Below are positions 17,758 through 26,977 of a stretch of 64,000 nucleotides of DNA, one piece after another (position 1 is the stretch's first letter; each line of letters begins with the position of its first letter). The notes beneath the pieces are model-generated. The model was given only the letters and a program-made list of their open reading frames with translations, did no database searches and had not been told where the DNA came from. The position numbers and the translations under genes were made by a program. The stretch is taken from sequence record NC_047995.1; one strand, given 5' to 3'.

Positions 17758-18159
17758 ATGGAAAAGACGTACATGACGCATTGGGGATCGCGCTATGTGC
17801 GGTCCTCTTCCGGAAAGTGGTATTCAGTTCATGGACGTGAAGGTACGTGGGTAACTAATCGCTACGGTACTTCATTCTACCGCAGCGGCTCCGAAGTATG
17901 GCGTGATATAACTCTGGCCGATCGTGAGTCGTTGGAACGCGAACTTATCAAACGCACCAGTGAAGATTACAACGAGCAAAAGCGTAGGTATGACTACTGG
18001 GGAAGATTGGTACGAGCGATTGCCCGCTGTTCAGAAGAGGAAAAGAATGAGCATACGGCAGAACTTGCCGAGATGATTGAAGCGCTTAGACAGCAATTCT
18101 ATGGACAGAAAGTACAGCAACTGAGCACAATTCTGGACGAAATCGCCGTTAAAGAATAG
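17758..18159 (+). CDS. Hypothetical protein
   Basis: ORF directly after the kptA stop. Confidence 0.7.
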   Translation: MEKTYMTHWGSRYVRSSSGKWYSVHGREGTWVTNRYGTSFYRSGSEVWRDITLADRESLERELIKRTSEDYNEQKRRYDYWGRLVRAIARCSEEEKNEHTAELAEMIEALRQQFYGQKVQQLSTILDEIAVKE

Positions 18160-18177
18160 GCTCGTTCGTGCTATAAT
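18133..18177 (+). promoter_or_regulatory. Phage promoter class A
   Basis: CTGGACGAAAT, then TGC-TATAAT at +39. Confidence 0.8.
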
Positions 18178-18228
18178 AAAGATGAACGCTGTACAATCCT
18201 GTACAGCTACTTACATGAGGACATGTAT

Positions 18229-19824
18229 ATGAAAAATATTAAACACACTTTCCGTCTGACCGACCTTGTACGCATCTCCAAAACTCTGCCTACCGGCATG
18301 AAGCACTTTAGCGGCGCAGGAACTGAGGCAATTGTTGTTGGTCGTAATGACTCTACTGACGAATACTCTCTGCATATCAAACATGGCGGTCAGCATTCGT
18401 GGTACCCTGCTGAGTGCCTGACGTTGATCAGCCATAACAATGGCGAACTGCTTGATCAGTGGGAAGCAGGCTACTACGGCCGTGACAAGAAAAAGAAACG
18501 CAAGATCCCAAAAGAACTGCGTAACTTCACTGCTATCCTGCCTGTGACCTGCAACGCCGATTGTTCGTTCTGCCCTGAGAAAGAGATGGAACAGAAAGCC
18601 AATCAAAAAGAATGGCAAGACGGGTTGATCGACCAGATCAAACGCATGTACAAGAAAACTAAGTTCGACCACGTATCAATCTCTGGTGGCGAGCCGACGT
18701 TGCGTTCGAAGTTCCTGTTTGAGACTATCGACCGCATTCAGAAAGAAACGCCAATCAAGAAAGTAGGTCTGACTTCTAATGGCTTCTTCCTTGAAAAGCA
18801 AAACAGCACGTTCGACTTCTTAGACCGTAACACTACGCCTGAGATGACCAGCAAGCTGTCGCATCTGAATATCAGTATGCACTCATTCAACCGCGATGCT
18901 GCGAACAAGATCATGGGCGTGAACTACAAACAGACGTTGGAAGATTTGGTTCGCTTCCGTCGCCAGTTGGGCCGTGACGTTAGCTTCCACATCAACTTTG
19001 TAATCAACGACAAGACGGGTTCGATTACGGAAGAGTTCAAACGTGCTGCGAACTTCATGCGCGCCAACCCGTTCATCGACGTTGTGTTCCGCGTCGATTA
19101 CAACGATGTTGAACTGTCGAAAGCGTTGCGTGACTACGCTGTGGAATATGAAGCGTGGCAGGAAGCAAGTCGCATCGCAGTGGCCACGCGTAAGAAGTGC
19201 AAAGTGAAAGAGCCGCGCGCACCGCACATCGTTCAGAAGTTTGATCGCTTCTTCGGTGGCCAGAACCTTGCAGATGTTGAAAGCGCTTGGACTACAGGCT
19301 GTCCGTCATGTTTCACCCATGCGTCGAACCCTGTCAATAACAGTCGCGCATATTTGAAAGCGTCTTCCTACGAACCGAACGAAGACGAAGAAGAATACAC
19401 TGAGCTGGTGTATCACATGGACGGCGCTCTGTACTGGGACTGGACTCGCAATGATCCTGTGCCTCTGCCTCGTAGTAAACGTTTTGACTTCGACATGAAA
19501 GACGAAGACACGCAGCCTGAGAGCAAGAGCAAAGGCAAGAACAAAAAGTCTGAGCAAGACAAGGCGTGGGAGCATGGTTCCGTAGCCGAAGCGATTAACG
19601 CCAATCGTTGTTCGTTCGGACCTGCTGCTCCGCATCATTGCTCTTATGATTCTACTGGCACCACTGCTGCGCCACAAACAGTCAAGCCGCAGCCTAAGGC
19701 CGTTAAAGCGAAATCAGTTAAGCCCGCTAAGAAAGCTAAGAAAGCAGAAGGCGGTAAAGTTTCAACTACACCGGGTGGTGCTCCTGGTGTTTGTGGCTAC
19801 GGCCATAGTCGTTGTGGCTACTAA
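18229..19824 (+). CDS. Radical SAM enzyme with N-terminal beta domain and Cys-rich C-terminal tail
   Basis: CNADCSFC (CxxxCxxC, 18550-18573), ISGGEPTL, LTSNG, LNISMH; tail contains CSFG..HHCSY and CGYGHSRCGY. Confidence 0.9.
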   Translation: MKNIKHTFRLTDLVRISKTLPTGMKHFSGAGTEAIVVGRNDSTDEYSLHIKHGGQHSWYPAECLTLISHNNGELLDQWEAGYYGRDKKKKRKIPKELRNFTAILPVTCNADCSFCPEKEMEQKANQKEWQDGLIDQIKRMYKKTKFDHVSISGGEPTLRSKFLFETIDRIQKETPIKKVGLTSNGFFLEKQNSTFDFLDRNTTPEMTSKLSHLNISMHSFNRDAANKIMGVNYKQTLEDLVRFRRQLGRDVSFHINFVINDKTGSITEEFKRAANFMRANPFIDVVFRVDYNDVELSKALRDYAVEYEAWQEASRIAVATRKKCKVKEPRAPHIVQKFDRFFGGQNLADVESAWTTGCPSCFTHASNPVNNSRAYLKASSYEPNEDEEEYTELVYHMDGALYWDWTRNDPVPLPRSKRFDFDMKDEDTQPESKSKGKNKKSEQDKAWEHGSVAEAINANRCSFGPAAPHHCSYDSTGTTAAPQTVKPQPKAVKAKSVKPAKKAKKAEGGKVSTTPGGAPGVCGYGHSRCGY

Positions 19825-19836
19825 GAGGAAAAGATC

Positions 19837-20070
19837 ATGCTTAAAAAAGTAAAAGAAGATGTATCGGCGAAAGACCTTGATGAACTCTATTCTGTTGTTA
19901 TGGAGTATACAGGCAGCGAGCGTTATCGTCTGTATTCGATGTTGACTGTTCGTAAGCTGCAAGCCATTCACTACGGGCATAAGATTCCTAAGAGCGTTCA
20001 GTCGTTGACGCACGGAAGCAACGAATACGATTTGCAGGAAGCTATTGCCTTGCTGGGGAAAATGAAATGA
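19837..20070 (+). CDS. Hypothetical protein
   Basis: GAGG SD. Confidence 0.75.
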   Translation: MLKKVKEDVSAKDLDELYSVVMEYTGSERYRLYSMLTVRKLQAIHYGHKIPKSVQSLTHGSNEYDLQEAIALLGKMK

Positions 20071-20429
20071 GAGAACGTCGTAACTATTACTATGACAGCC
20101 CGTTCTACTACGGACTGATTACTTGGCGTAAACGTCTTGCTATCGTCGGTGCCATGCTAATCGGCATTCTGATTTATCACGGCCGTTCTGCTCCTGCTGT
20201 TGATGATATGTGGTTCTGGACAGGAATCATCTTCGGCATAGTTGGTGGTGTATGCTACATTCGCATGTGGTCCTATGAGTGCTACCTACTCGCTGCTATG
20301 GGTCCTCTGGACAACAACACTGTTATTGGTAGTCTGTCGTTCGACAAACTTGAGCGTCGTCATGAACTCTGGTACGAGAAGAAGTTCGGGCACAAACCTC
20401 CTAAGACTAACACATGGAGCATCGACTAA
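20067..20429 (+). CDS. Hypothetical membrane protein (2 TM)
   Basis: LAIVGAMLIGILIY and WFWTGIIFGIVGGVCYI. Confidence 0.75.
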   Translation: MRERRNYYYDSPFYYGLITWRKRLAIVGAMLIGILIYHGRSAPAVDDMWFWTGIIFGIVGGVCYIRMWSYECYLLAAMGPLDNNTVIGSLSFDKLERRHELWYEKKFGHKPPKTNTWSID

Positions 20430-20806
20430 TGGCACTCATGTTTACTGAGAAGCATCGCAAACAATTCGGACGTGACAGCAAAGACCCGCAGTACCATGGC
20501 GATGCGTGTGAAGCAGTCTACAATCACGGTATGGAGTTGTTGCGTGAGCACAAGCGCCTGACGTTGCTTATCGGTGCGAAGCGTAGAACGCGACTAGACA
20601 AAGGTGCTCCTCTGACCAAGTGCTTTCGCAAGCATTGGATTGAAGACAAGAAGCTGGCGAACGAAGACACGCGCCCTATCGCCATGTTGATCGCTCGATT
20701 CAAAGAAGTATCAGTGCTGTTGAAGCTGGCGCGTATGAACTACACCGACCTGCATAAACGGCGTCACGGCTTCACACGCCCAAGTTATTTTCACTGGAGA
20801 GACTAA
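20429..20806 (+). CDS. Basic hypothetical protein
   Basis: TAATG coupling with upstream gene. Confidence 0.75.
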   Translation: MALMFTEKHRKQFGRDSKDPQYHGDACEAVYNHGMELLREHKRLTLLIGAKRRTRLDKGAPLTKCFRKHWIEDKKLANEDTRPIAMLIARFKEVSVLLKLARMNYTDLHKRRHGFTRPSYFHWRD

Positions 20807-20807
20807 C

Positions 20808-21209
20808 ATGGCCAAGCATCATACCTTTCGCCTGAATGACATGTGCGCCATATTGTCGAAGCGTGGCGTGTTCGGTCCACAGCAAGGCGAGCACGTTATC
20901 GTCGTGGGCCGTCATCCTGGACTGAATGAGTACACGGTGCACTACGTCAACGGTCTGTACGGTTGGTTCAAGGCAGAAGACCTTGTGCTGGTCAAACACG
21001 ACGCCCACGAACAACTTGAGTTGTGGGAAGACGCATATAACGCTCGATGTGCCGTAGCAGACTTCTTTGATGAAGCGGCTGAGATTGAAGCAATCGACAA
21101 AAAGCTCGACCGTGTAGAAGACGGCTGCTGCTCTGAGTGTGGTATAAAACTCGACCCAGATATTGACGGGCCGTTCATGTGCTTGGCCTGTGAAGACGAA
21201 GAGGAATAA
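20808..21209 (+). CDS. Protein sharing the radical SAM N-terminal domain plus a C-terminal C4 zinc finger
   Basis: HTFRLND...IVVGR...EY.VH...W(F)..E.L.L aligns with the 18229 N-terminus; CSEC...CLAC at the end. Confidence 0.8.
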   Translation: MAKHHTFRLNDMCAILSKRGVFGPQQGEHVIVVGRHPGLNEYTVHYVNGLYGWFKAEDLVLVKHDAHEQLELWEDAYNARCAVADFFDEAAEIEAIDKKLDRVEDGCCSECGIKLDPDIDGPFMCLACEDEEE

Positions 21210-21212
21210 AAA

Positions 21213-21476
21213 ATGGCTGTAGGCTTCGTAAAAGATGATGGCGTTAACGATACCATCGAAGCTAACTTGAATAACGAGATTGACCGCGCTCGCTCTGAAT
21301 TGATGGGCAAAGGTACAACTCATTGCGTCAACCCTGACTGTGGTGCGGAGATTCCTCTCATGCGCCGTGTAGCGATGCCGAATGCTCGCTACTGCTTACC
21401 TTGCCAGTCAGGTCATGATGGTTCTGCTATCAGTCATTACAATCGTCGTGGCTCAAAAGATTCTCAACTGAGGTAG
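21213..21476 (+). CDS. ybiI: DksA/TraR-family C4 zinc-finger protein, YbiI-like
   Basis: C..(PD)CG.EIP..RR.A.P....C..CQ; C-terminus YNRRGSKDSQLR matches my recollection of enterobacterial YbiI. Confidence 0.88.
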   Translation: MAVGFVKDDGVNDTIEANLNNEIDRARSELMGKGTTHCVNPDCGAEIPLMRRVAMPNARYCLPCQSGHDGSAISHYNRRGSKDSQLR

Positions 21477-21481
21477 AAACA

Positions 21482-21664
21482 ATGATGCTCGCTGGAGTTA
21501 TAGTCTTGGGCATTATCGGTGCGCTCCTGATTATCATATGCGCCGTGCGTTCGGTCAAAAGCAATAAACACGAACGCCCTATGTACCAGTTCATGCTTTT
21601 CGTTTTGATCATGTTTTCTGTGGTCTACGTTATCGTACTTGTGGAGGCAATCAATGCTGCATAA
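21482..21664 (+). CDS. Small membrane protein (2 TM)
   Basis: Two long hydrophobic stretches; GAGG SD. Confidence 0.7.
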   Translation: MMLAGVIVLGIIGALLIIICAVRSVKSNKHERPMYQFMLFVLIMFSVVYVIVLVEAINAA

Positions 21665-21971
21665 ACTTTGGGTAGCTATGGGACTACAGTTCCCTACAGT
21701 TGAGGATGCAATGCGTAGTCGCCAGAAGTGTACACGCATTGGGTATCGTAACTACTGCGTGAAGACTAAGGGCGCTTTTGCCGAAGCATTCACAGACCAT
21801 CTGCACCAGCATCGCTATGATACGCTCGCGCTGTCTCATAAAGAAGACTTGCATGAGGAAGTGCTGCGTAAGGCAGAACGCATAGACTATCCGTGCGTTG
21901 TTTTCTTCAATGAAAAGTCATTCAGCACGATTGTCGTTGACGACCCTAACATGGAGTACCCTGTACAATGA
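21654..21971 (+). CDS. Hypothetical protein
   Basis: GGAGG SD before ATG 21654. Confidence 0.7.
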   Translation: MLHKLWVAMGLQFPTVEDAMRSRQKCTRIGYRNYCVKTKGAFAEAFTDHLHQHRYDTLALSHKEDLHEEVLRKAERIDYPCVVFFNEKSFSTIVVDDPNMEYPVQ

Positions 21972-22534
21972 AGCCGAACAAATGGAAAGTGAAGTTCACG
22001 CAGATCGACAAGCCCACTAACACGTTCACTGCGACGTATACCAGCAAGGCTGAATTTGAAAAGTGGGCGAAGCTGCATAGCGATAACGGTTTCACCGTAG
22101 AAATCGTGGCCTCGGTTGTTGTTGAGATCCCCGTTGCGTCGTGGACGTACCCAGCGCAGCCTGATCTCAAAGAAGCTCCGAAGCTCTTCCACGTCAAGCA
22201 TTACTCGTCCGACGAATGGCCGTCACTTATTGGCGTTGGTCAATACTTCCACGTTGAAGCTGATCGTGATGAAGTTGAAGACTTCGCGGAGTTGCTTAAC
22301 AGAACCATTCATGCAGCGCGCCTGTATGTTGACCCTGATGTGACGTACACCGTCGAAGGCTTCATCTCCACTCGCGGTGATTGGGTGCCTATAAAGTCTT
22401 GCATGACGTGCGAGCATGAAGTGGACGAACTGCTTAAACAGTTGCGCATACCACCTAAAGGGTTACCTAACCCTGCTACTTCATTCCGTGTTGTACGTGT
22501 GACACGCGAGCCTGGTCCTGAATTAGGAGTGTGA
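21968..22534 (+). CDS. Hypothetical protein
   Basis: ATGA overlap with upstream gene; phage-like codon usage. Confidence 0.8.
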   Translation: MKPNKWKVKFTQIDKPTNTFTATYTSKAEFEKWAKLHSDNGFTVEIVASVVVEIPVASWTYPAQPDLKEAPKLFHVKHYSSDEWPSLIGVGQYFHVEADRDEVEDFAELLNRTIHAARLYVDPDVTYTVEGFISTRGDWVPIKSCMTCEHEVDELLKQLRIPPKGLPNPATSFRVVRVTREPGPELGV

Positions 22535-22536
22535 CT

Positions 22537-22773
22537 ATGACTGATGAAGAATATCAACGCTTCCTCCAACGTATCGCTGAACGTGGTGCAGCGCGTATGA
22601 CACCAGAAGAGATGGAGAGTCTGCGCTTCAAGGCACGGGTCAATCAGCCGCAACGTCCACTGCCTGATTCGCACACGATGCCTGACCCGAAGTACGATAC
22701 GCACAAGATTGACCCGAGCACTGATATGATTGTCGGGGATATCAAACACCACTTTCCACCGAAAGGTAATTGA
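22537..22773 (+). CDS. Hypothetical protein
   Basis: AGGAG SD. Confidence 0.7.
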   Translation: MTDEEYQRFLQRIAERGAARMTPEEMESLRFKARVNQPQRPLPDSHTMPDPKYDTHKIDPSTDMIVGDIKHHFPPKGN

Positions 22774-22774
22774 A

Positions 22775-22903
22775 ATGTCAGAACCGTATTCTAAATGTGA
22801 AGACTGTCGTACACCTCTGAAAGAAGATGAAGTGTACGGCGAAACGGTAGACCTGTGCGAGAACTGCTGTGCTGATCGTGAAGACGAAGGGGAGTCAACG
22901 TGA
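22775..22903 (+). CDS. 42-aa C4 zinc-finger microprotein (below the ORF-track cutoff)
   Basis: MSEPYSKCEDCRTPLKEDEVYGETVDLCENCCADREDEGEST; fills the gap exactly, AAGG SD, GTGA overlap with the next gene. Confidence 0.7.
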   Translation: MSEPYSKCEDCRTPLKEDEVYGETVDLCENCCADREDEGEST

Positions 22904-23229
22904 AGAAAGTAACAAATGCAGTAAATGCAGTACATGGTAAGAGTGTCATCCCAATCTTCTTCGGTGAAGACGAAACGCCGTACATCGGCAAAGCATTCTG
23001 GGATAGCCTATGCTTGCGTGATGATCTGTTCATTGAACCTGAAACACAACAGGTGCTGCATGAAGACGAGCGCGTAAATAGAACTGAGTTCATCCGCGTG
23101 TCTACATTCCCTGATGTGATTAAGGCCCTGCACCGTTGCCGTACCTACATCCGTTACTTTGAGTATATCAGTGACGAAGACATTGACGACCTGAGTGAAG
23201 CTCTTAGCCACTGGGTAAAAGGAGAGTGA
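22900..23229 (+). CDS. Hypothetical protein
   Basis: GTG start with GGGGAG SD. Confidence 0.75.
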   Translation: MKKVTNAVNAVHGKSVIPIFFGEDETPYIGKAFWDSLCLRDDLFIEPETQQVLHEDERVNRTEFIRVSTFPDVIKALHRCRTYIRYFEYISDEDIDDLSEALSHWVKGE

Positions 23230-23230
23230 G

Positions 23231-23899
23231 ATGAACTCTATCATAAAATTCCTCATGGACGAGGACGAGGTGCAAGACGCACTGACCGCATATCGCACTG
23301 ACCCTACCGATGAAAACAAACGTCGTGTGATTGAAACTCTCTTACGCGAAGGCAATCATGCCCAAGCCACTATGCAACTCACGGACGGTCTGGTTGAAGC
23401 GCCTGCTAAACAACCTCATCGTTTTGTTTTGATACCTAGCGTTGATTCGCTTAAAAGCCTTGTGGCGGTACCTGCAGGCAAAAGAAGTTATGGCTGGGAA
23501 CCTCGTCCTGACGATATGATGTTAGCTGTTGCGAAACAGGCCTCAGCCGTAGCCGATCATGTGCATAAGCTAGGTGGCTCCGCTGCATATGTCCGCTTCA
23601 CGGCCACTGAATGGCACACCGCGTTAGGCGACACGGGCCTTAATCGTTTGCTCCGTGAAATGAAAATCGTCTTGCTGGAAACTGAAAGTCTGGACGCTAT
23701 TGCTGACTCAATGGCAAAACTGATTCGTATCGTCGGCAACATGACTGACATGGCTTACTCAATCCGACTGATTCGCCAGATGTATGCAGTCGCCGAGAAC
23801 AGACATGACGCCACCGTAACCAAAGCATTGATTGCAATGGTAGACACAACCATGACGCAGAACATGCCTATCGTCGATAAGGAGAATGCGGATGATTGA
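23231..23899 (+). CDS. Hypothetical protein
   Basis: AGGAG SD. Confidence 0.75.
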   Translation: MNSIIKFLMDEDEVQDALTAYRTDPTDENKRRVIETLLREGNHAQATMQLTDGLVEAPAKQPHRFVLIPSVDSLKSLVAVPAGKRSYGWEPRPDDMMLAVAKQASAVADHVHKLGGSAAYVRFTATEWHTALGDTGLNRLLREMKIVLLETESLDAIADSMAKLIRIVGNMTDMAYSIRLIRQMYAVAENRHDATVTKALIAMVDTTMTQNMPIVDKENADD

Positions 23900-24302
23900 G
23901 TTACGTCTGGAATTAGATGCAGCCTTGATTAGAGATTTGTTGGACTATGCAGATCTCAATGGACTCAGCCCGACAGATGCGGTTTTGCATATGATGCGCC
24001 AGAGTTTGGTTAAGTCTGACTCGACCAAAACCCTTTCCGAAGAGACACGCGATTCTTATATAGGAAAGATGCTTGCCTATACCCCTAGTCTTAGACAAGA
24101 ATTGCAGTGCTCTGCAATCTTTCAACGGGCTACAGGAATCGAGTGGAAAGATTTGAATGCGAATGACCGCAAGTCACTTGGTCGCCAGTTTCGAAAAGCA
24201 GTGCTTGGCGGTAGTGCGGCCTGGTCGCCTATTACCGGCCGCACTCAAAATGGTCATGCCCTGTATGAGCATAGGAAGACAAATACAGACCTTCCTTCTT
24301 AA
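23892..24302 (+). CDS. Putative DNA-binding protein with N-terminal RHH-like motif
   Basis: IELRLELDAALIRDLLDYADLNGLSPTDAVLHMM fits an RHH pattern. Confidence 0.5.
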   Translation: MIELRLELDAALIRDLLDYADLNGLSPTDAVLHMMRQSLVKSDSTKTLSEETRDSYIGKMLAYTPSLRQELQCSAIFQRATGIEWKDLNANDRKSLGRQFRKAVLGGSAAWSPITGRTQNGHALYEHRKTNTDLPS

Positions 24303-24340
24303 CTGTAAACTAACAGAAGACAAGAACTAGGACGAATAAA

Positions 24341-24703
24341 ATGATCCGACAAATTCCTAAGCAGCATATCGACAAGCAGCCTGAGCCAAACATCGAAAGT
24401 TACGCGGCTGTGTGTAACCTTGAAAACTACACGGCCGTAGTTCGTGGTAAGTGGAAGTTGGTTCGTGGTACAGACGCGAGTGGTAACTTCACCGTAGTCC
24501 TCGTAGGGCCACACGCTGTCACGTCGAACCTTGTAGGCATCCAGATTCTAATGGCCGCTGGCTTCTCTGACGTAGACGCGATGTTTGCGTTGGGCGTTAA
24601 TCATATCGAATATAAAGGTTGGCTCAAACAACAACGCAACCGCAACAAGACAGCCAAAGCACAACCACGCATGGGCAACACCTGCGCCCTCGACGATCTT
24701 TAA
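24341..24703 (+). CDS. Hypothetical protein
   Basis: AGGA SD. Confidence 0.75.
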   Translation: MIRQIPKQHIDKQPEPNIESYAAVCNLENYTAVVRGKWKLVRGTDASGNFTVVLVGPHAVTSNLVGIQILMAAGFSDVDAMFALGVNHIEYKGWLKQQRNRNKTAKAQPRMGNTCALDDL

Positions 24704-24712
24704 GGAACAGCA

Positions 24713-25222
24713 ATGAAACAGTTATTCGTAGGTAGTCACCCAAACACCGTGAAGTTCTCTGACCTCGACGGTCGTGATCGCGTCTGTGAGATTCGTGTTA
24801 TGATTGCATCGGCGTATACAACTCTGCGTGATGCTATCGGTGAGCAGGCAAAAGATGAAGCGAACGTCTTCCACGGGCCGTGGCTTGTGTTCCGCAATCT
24901 CATGAACGAACACCCTGCTGCCTGTCTGGAGGAGTACCGTCACGCAGCAATCTACTTTGACGCAGACACCGATGAAAAGATCACTGAGATCTGTGAACTG
25001 ATTGAACAGCACATCGAACTGACTCGCCAGTCGATCAATCTGAAAGGCGCACATCCGCATCAGGCTGATGCTATGGTCGGGATCGCAAGCACTGCTGGTA
25101 AAATGGAAACGACTGTTATGCAGGGAGCGGGCAAGACGCGCGGTTCTGACCCGAGCCAGAACTTCGATTTTGATATCGGCGACGACCAGGCGGCTGGCGA
25201 TGAAAACTTTGCGTTTCGTTAA
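24713..25222 (+). CDS. Hypothetical protein
   Basis: AAGGA SD. Confidence 0.8.
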   Translation: MKQLFVGSHPNTVKFSDLDGRDRVCEIRVMIASAYTTLRDAIGEQAKDEANVFHGPWLVFRNLMNEHPAACLEEYRHAAIYFDADTDEKITEICELIEQHIELTRQSINLKGAHPHQADAMVGIASTAGKMETTVMQGAGKTRGSDPSQNFDFDIGDDQAAGDENFAFR

Positions 25223-25403
25223 ACTCTACTGGCGCGAAGTGATGATACTGGTTGTATTGATTGTCATCGCTATCGCTCTGCCTTTTCTTGAAGTACGCAA
25301 CCCGACGTTGGTGATGCTTGTCGCTGTTATCGTTGCCGCGTACTTCCTTGCTACTTGGGCGTGTAAGCCTGTATATGGATCTGATGATGACAAAGAAGAA
25401 TGA
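25200..25403 (+). CDS. Small membrane protein (2 TM)
   Basis: VMILVVLIVIAIALPFL and LVMLVAVIVAAYFLA; start inferred at ATG 25200. Confidence 0.65.
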   Translation: MKTLRFVKLYWREVMILVVLIVIAIALPFLEVRNPTLVMLVAVIVAAYFLATWACKPVYGSDDDKEE

Positions 25404-25941
25404 AATCAAACTAAGCGATGCCGATATTTCGACTGGTATCGTCTGCATCAACGAAGCGCTGGCGAAACATGGTCTGTCGTGTGCGTTAGGCGACGTTGGT
25501 TACGAAACTGTGTACACTGACGAAAGCGGTGAGACACAAGGCGGCTGGTACGCTGAGTTCGATAAGAAGTCCCGTGAGAAGCTGCGCGAATCTAAGCAGG
25601 TGCACTGGCGCAATACGGGAATGCTTGGGGGTGATACGATTGACGAGATTCTCAAAACAATCGCGGGCCTCAAGTTCCGTAACCACGACAAAGAGCCAAC
25701 GCCGTTGCAGTTGAAGAAAGCAGAGACTGCCCTAAGCAAAGAAGAAGCGACTAAGAAAGCGCTGGGTGTCTATAACTCGGCACTGCCTCTGTCTGACGCT
25801 GACCTCAAGCTGTGTATCGATCACTTCCGTACGCTGGAGAAGATGATTCGAATCGACCCGATGTTGAAGCTCGCGCAGCCTTACGTTGTGAACAATCTTT
25901 ATCAACTCGAAAACTATTTACACGCACGTAAGTGTAAGTAA
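25384..25941 (+). CDS. Hypothetical protein
   Basis: ORF ending just before a terminator. Confidence 0.75.
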   Translation: MMTKKNEIKLSDADISTGIVCINEALAKHGLSCALGDVGYETVYTDESGETQGGWYAEFDKKSREKLRESKQVHWRNTGMLGGDTIDEILKTIAGLKFRNHDKEPTPLQLKKAETALSKEEATKKALGVYNSALPLSDADLKLCIDHFRTLEKMIRIDPMLKLAQPYVVNNLYQLENYLHARKCK

Positions 25942-25948
25942 TCAACAT

Positions 25949-25983
25949 GGGAGGTCCTTAGCGGGATCTCCCTCTGTCATTTC
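25949..25983 (+). terminator. Probable terminator
   Basis: gggaggtcc-ttagc-gggatctccc followed by tctgtcattt. Confidence 0.5.
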
Positions 25984-25996
25984 TGGAGCAAATTTC

Positions 25997-26977
25997 ATGC
26001 GATTCGGTTTCGCCTGCAAGCTGATTAACCAACAAGGTAAACAGCCATACCCAAACAAGAGTCTAAGCTACTCACACTTTGCAAAGCTCGACCGTGACGC
26101 ACAACGCCAGAAACTTCGTGAAGTGGTGACTGTTAATCTGACTTCGCTGTATGACATGATCGCACACGTAGGTCAGTTGCGTACCGACATGCGCATGTTC
26201 CGTATCACAAGCGAATTGCTTCCACTGTATACTCACCCACTCGTCATGCCGCTGTATAACGAACCCGACCTGTGTAAGTTTGTCGAACACTGGCTGTGGA
26301 AATGCGGTGGAATTGCTCGTGGTGCTGGCGTGAGACTTTCATTTCACCCAGGGCAATTCACGGTGCTCGCGTCCGATCGACCTGACGTTGTGCTCAACTC
26401 AATCCACGAACTTGAGTACCATGCGTACTGTGCCTATCACATGGGATATGGTCGACGCTTCCAAGACTTCAAGATCAACATTCACCTGAGCGGTAGACTT
26501 GGTGCTGCGGGATTCAGACAGGCATTCGGAAAACTTTCTGAGCCTTGCCGAAAGATGTTGACCGTAGAGAATGACGAAATCACTTCGAGCATTGAGGACG
26601 TCCTGACTCTTTCAGACCTGTGTCCGATAGTGCTGGATATTCATCATCACTGGGTAATGACTAACGAGTACATACAGCCGACCGATGATCGTGTGCAGCA
26701 AGTCATAGAGTCGTGGCGCGGCGTAACACCCGTCGCGCATTACTCTGTGTCCCGTCCTGAGTTCGTACCGTCACGCGGGCTGCCTGATCAAAACAAGCTG
26801 TCTGCTAATCGTATGCAGTTACGTGCCCATGCTGAATACTATCACAATGAAGACGTAAACGAGTGGGCGCTTTCGTTCGCTGATTTTGACCTAATGTGCG
26901 AGTCAAAAGCGAAGAATCTAGCGAGACTGAAATTGGCGTGTTTTAGCCGCAACTCTGCAAATAAATGGACAAAATGA
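25997..26977 (+). CDS. uvsE: UV-damage endonuclease (UvsE/UvdE family)
   Basis: RFGFAC, MFRITSELLP, RLSFHPGQF, INIH, LTVENDE, VLDIHHH, HYS and ESKAKN motifs. Confidence 0.93.
   Translation: MRFGFACKLINQQGKQPYPNKSLSYSHFAKLDRDAQRQKLREVVTVNLTSLYDMIAHVGQLRTDMRMFRITSELLPLYTHPLVMPLYNEPDLCKFVEHWLWKCGGIARGAGVRLSFHPGQFTVLASDRPDVVLNSIHELEYHAYCAYHMGYGRRFQDFKINIHLSGRLGAAGFRQAFGKLSEPCRKMLTVENDEITSSIEDVLTLSDLCPIVLDIHHHWVMTNEYIQPTDDRVQQVIESWRGVTPVAHYSVSRPEFVPSRGLPDQNKLSANRMQLRAHAEYYHNEDVNEWALSFADFDLMCESKAKNLARLKLACFSRNSANKWTK

Noticed and set aside
18229-19824. Viperin-like or queuosine/7-deazaguanine (QueE) assignment for the radical SAM gene
   Set aside because: Only generic radical SAM motifs are visible, family-specific residues are not recognisable, and no queC/queD/folE/dpdA neighbours are present.
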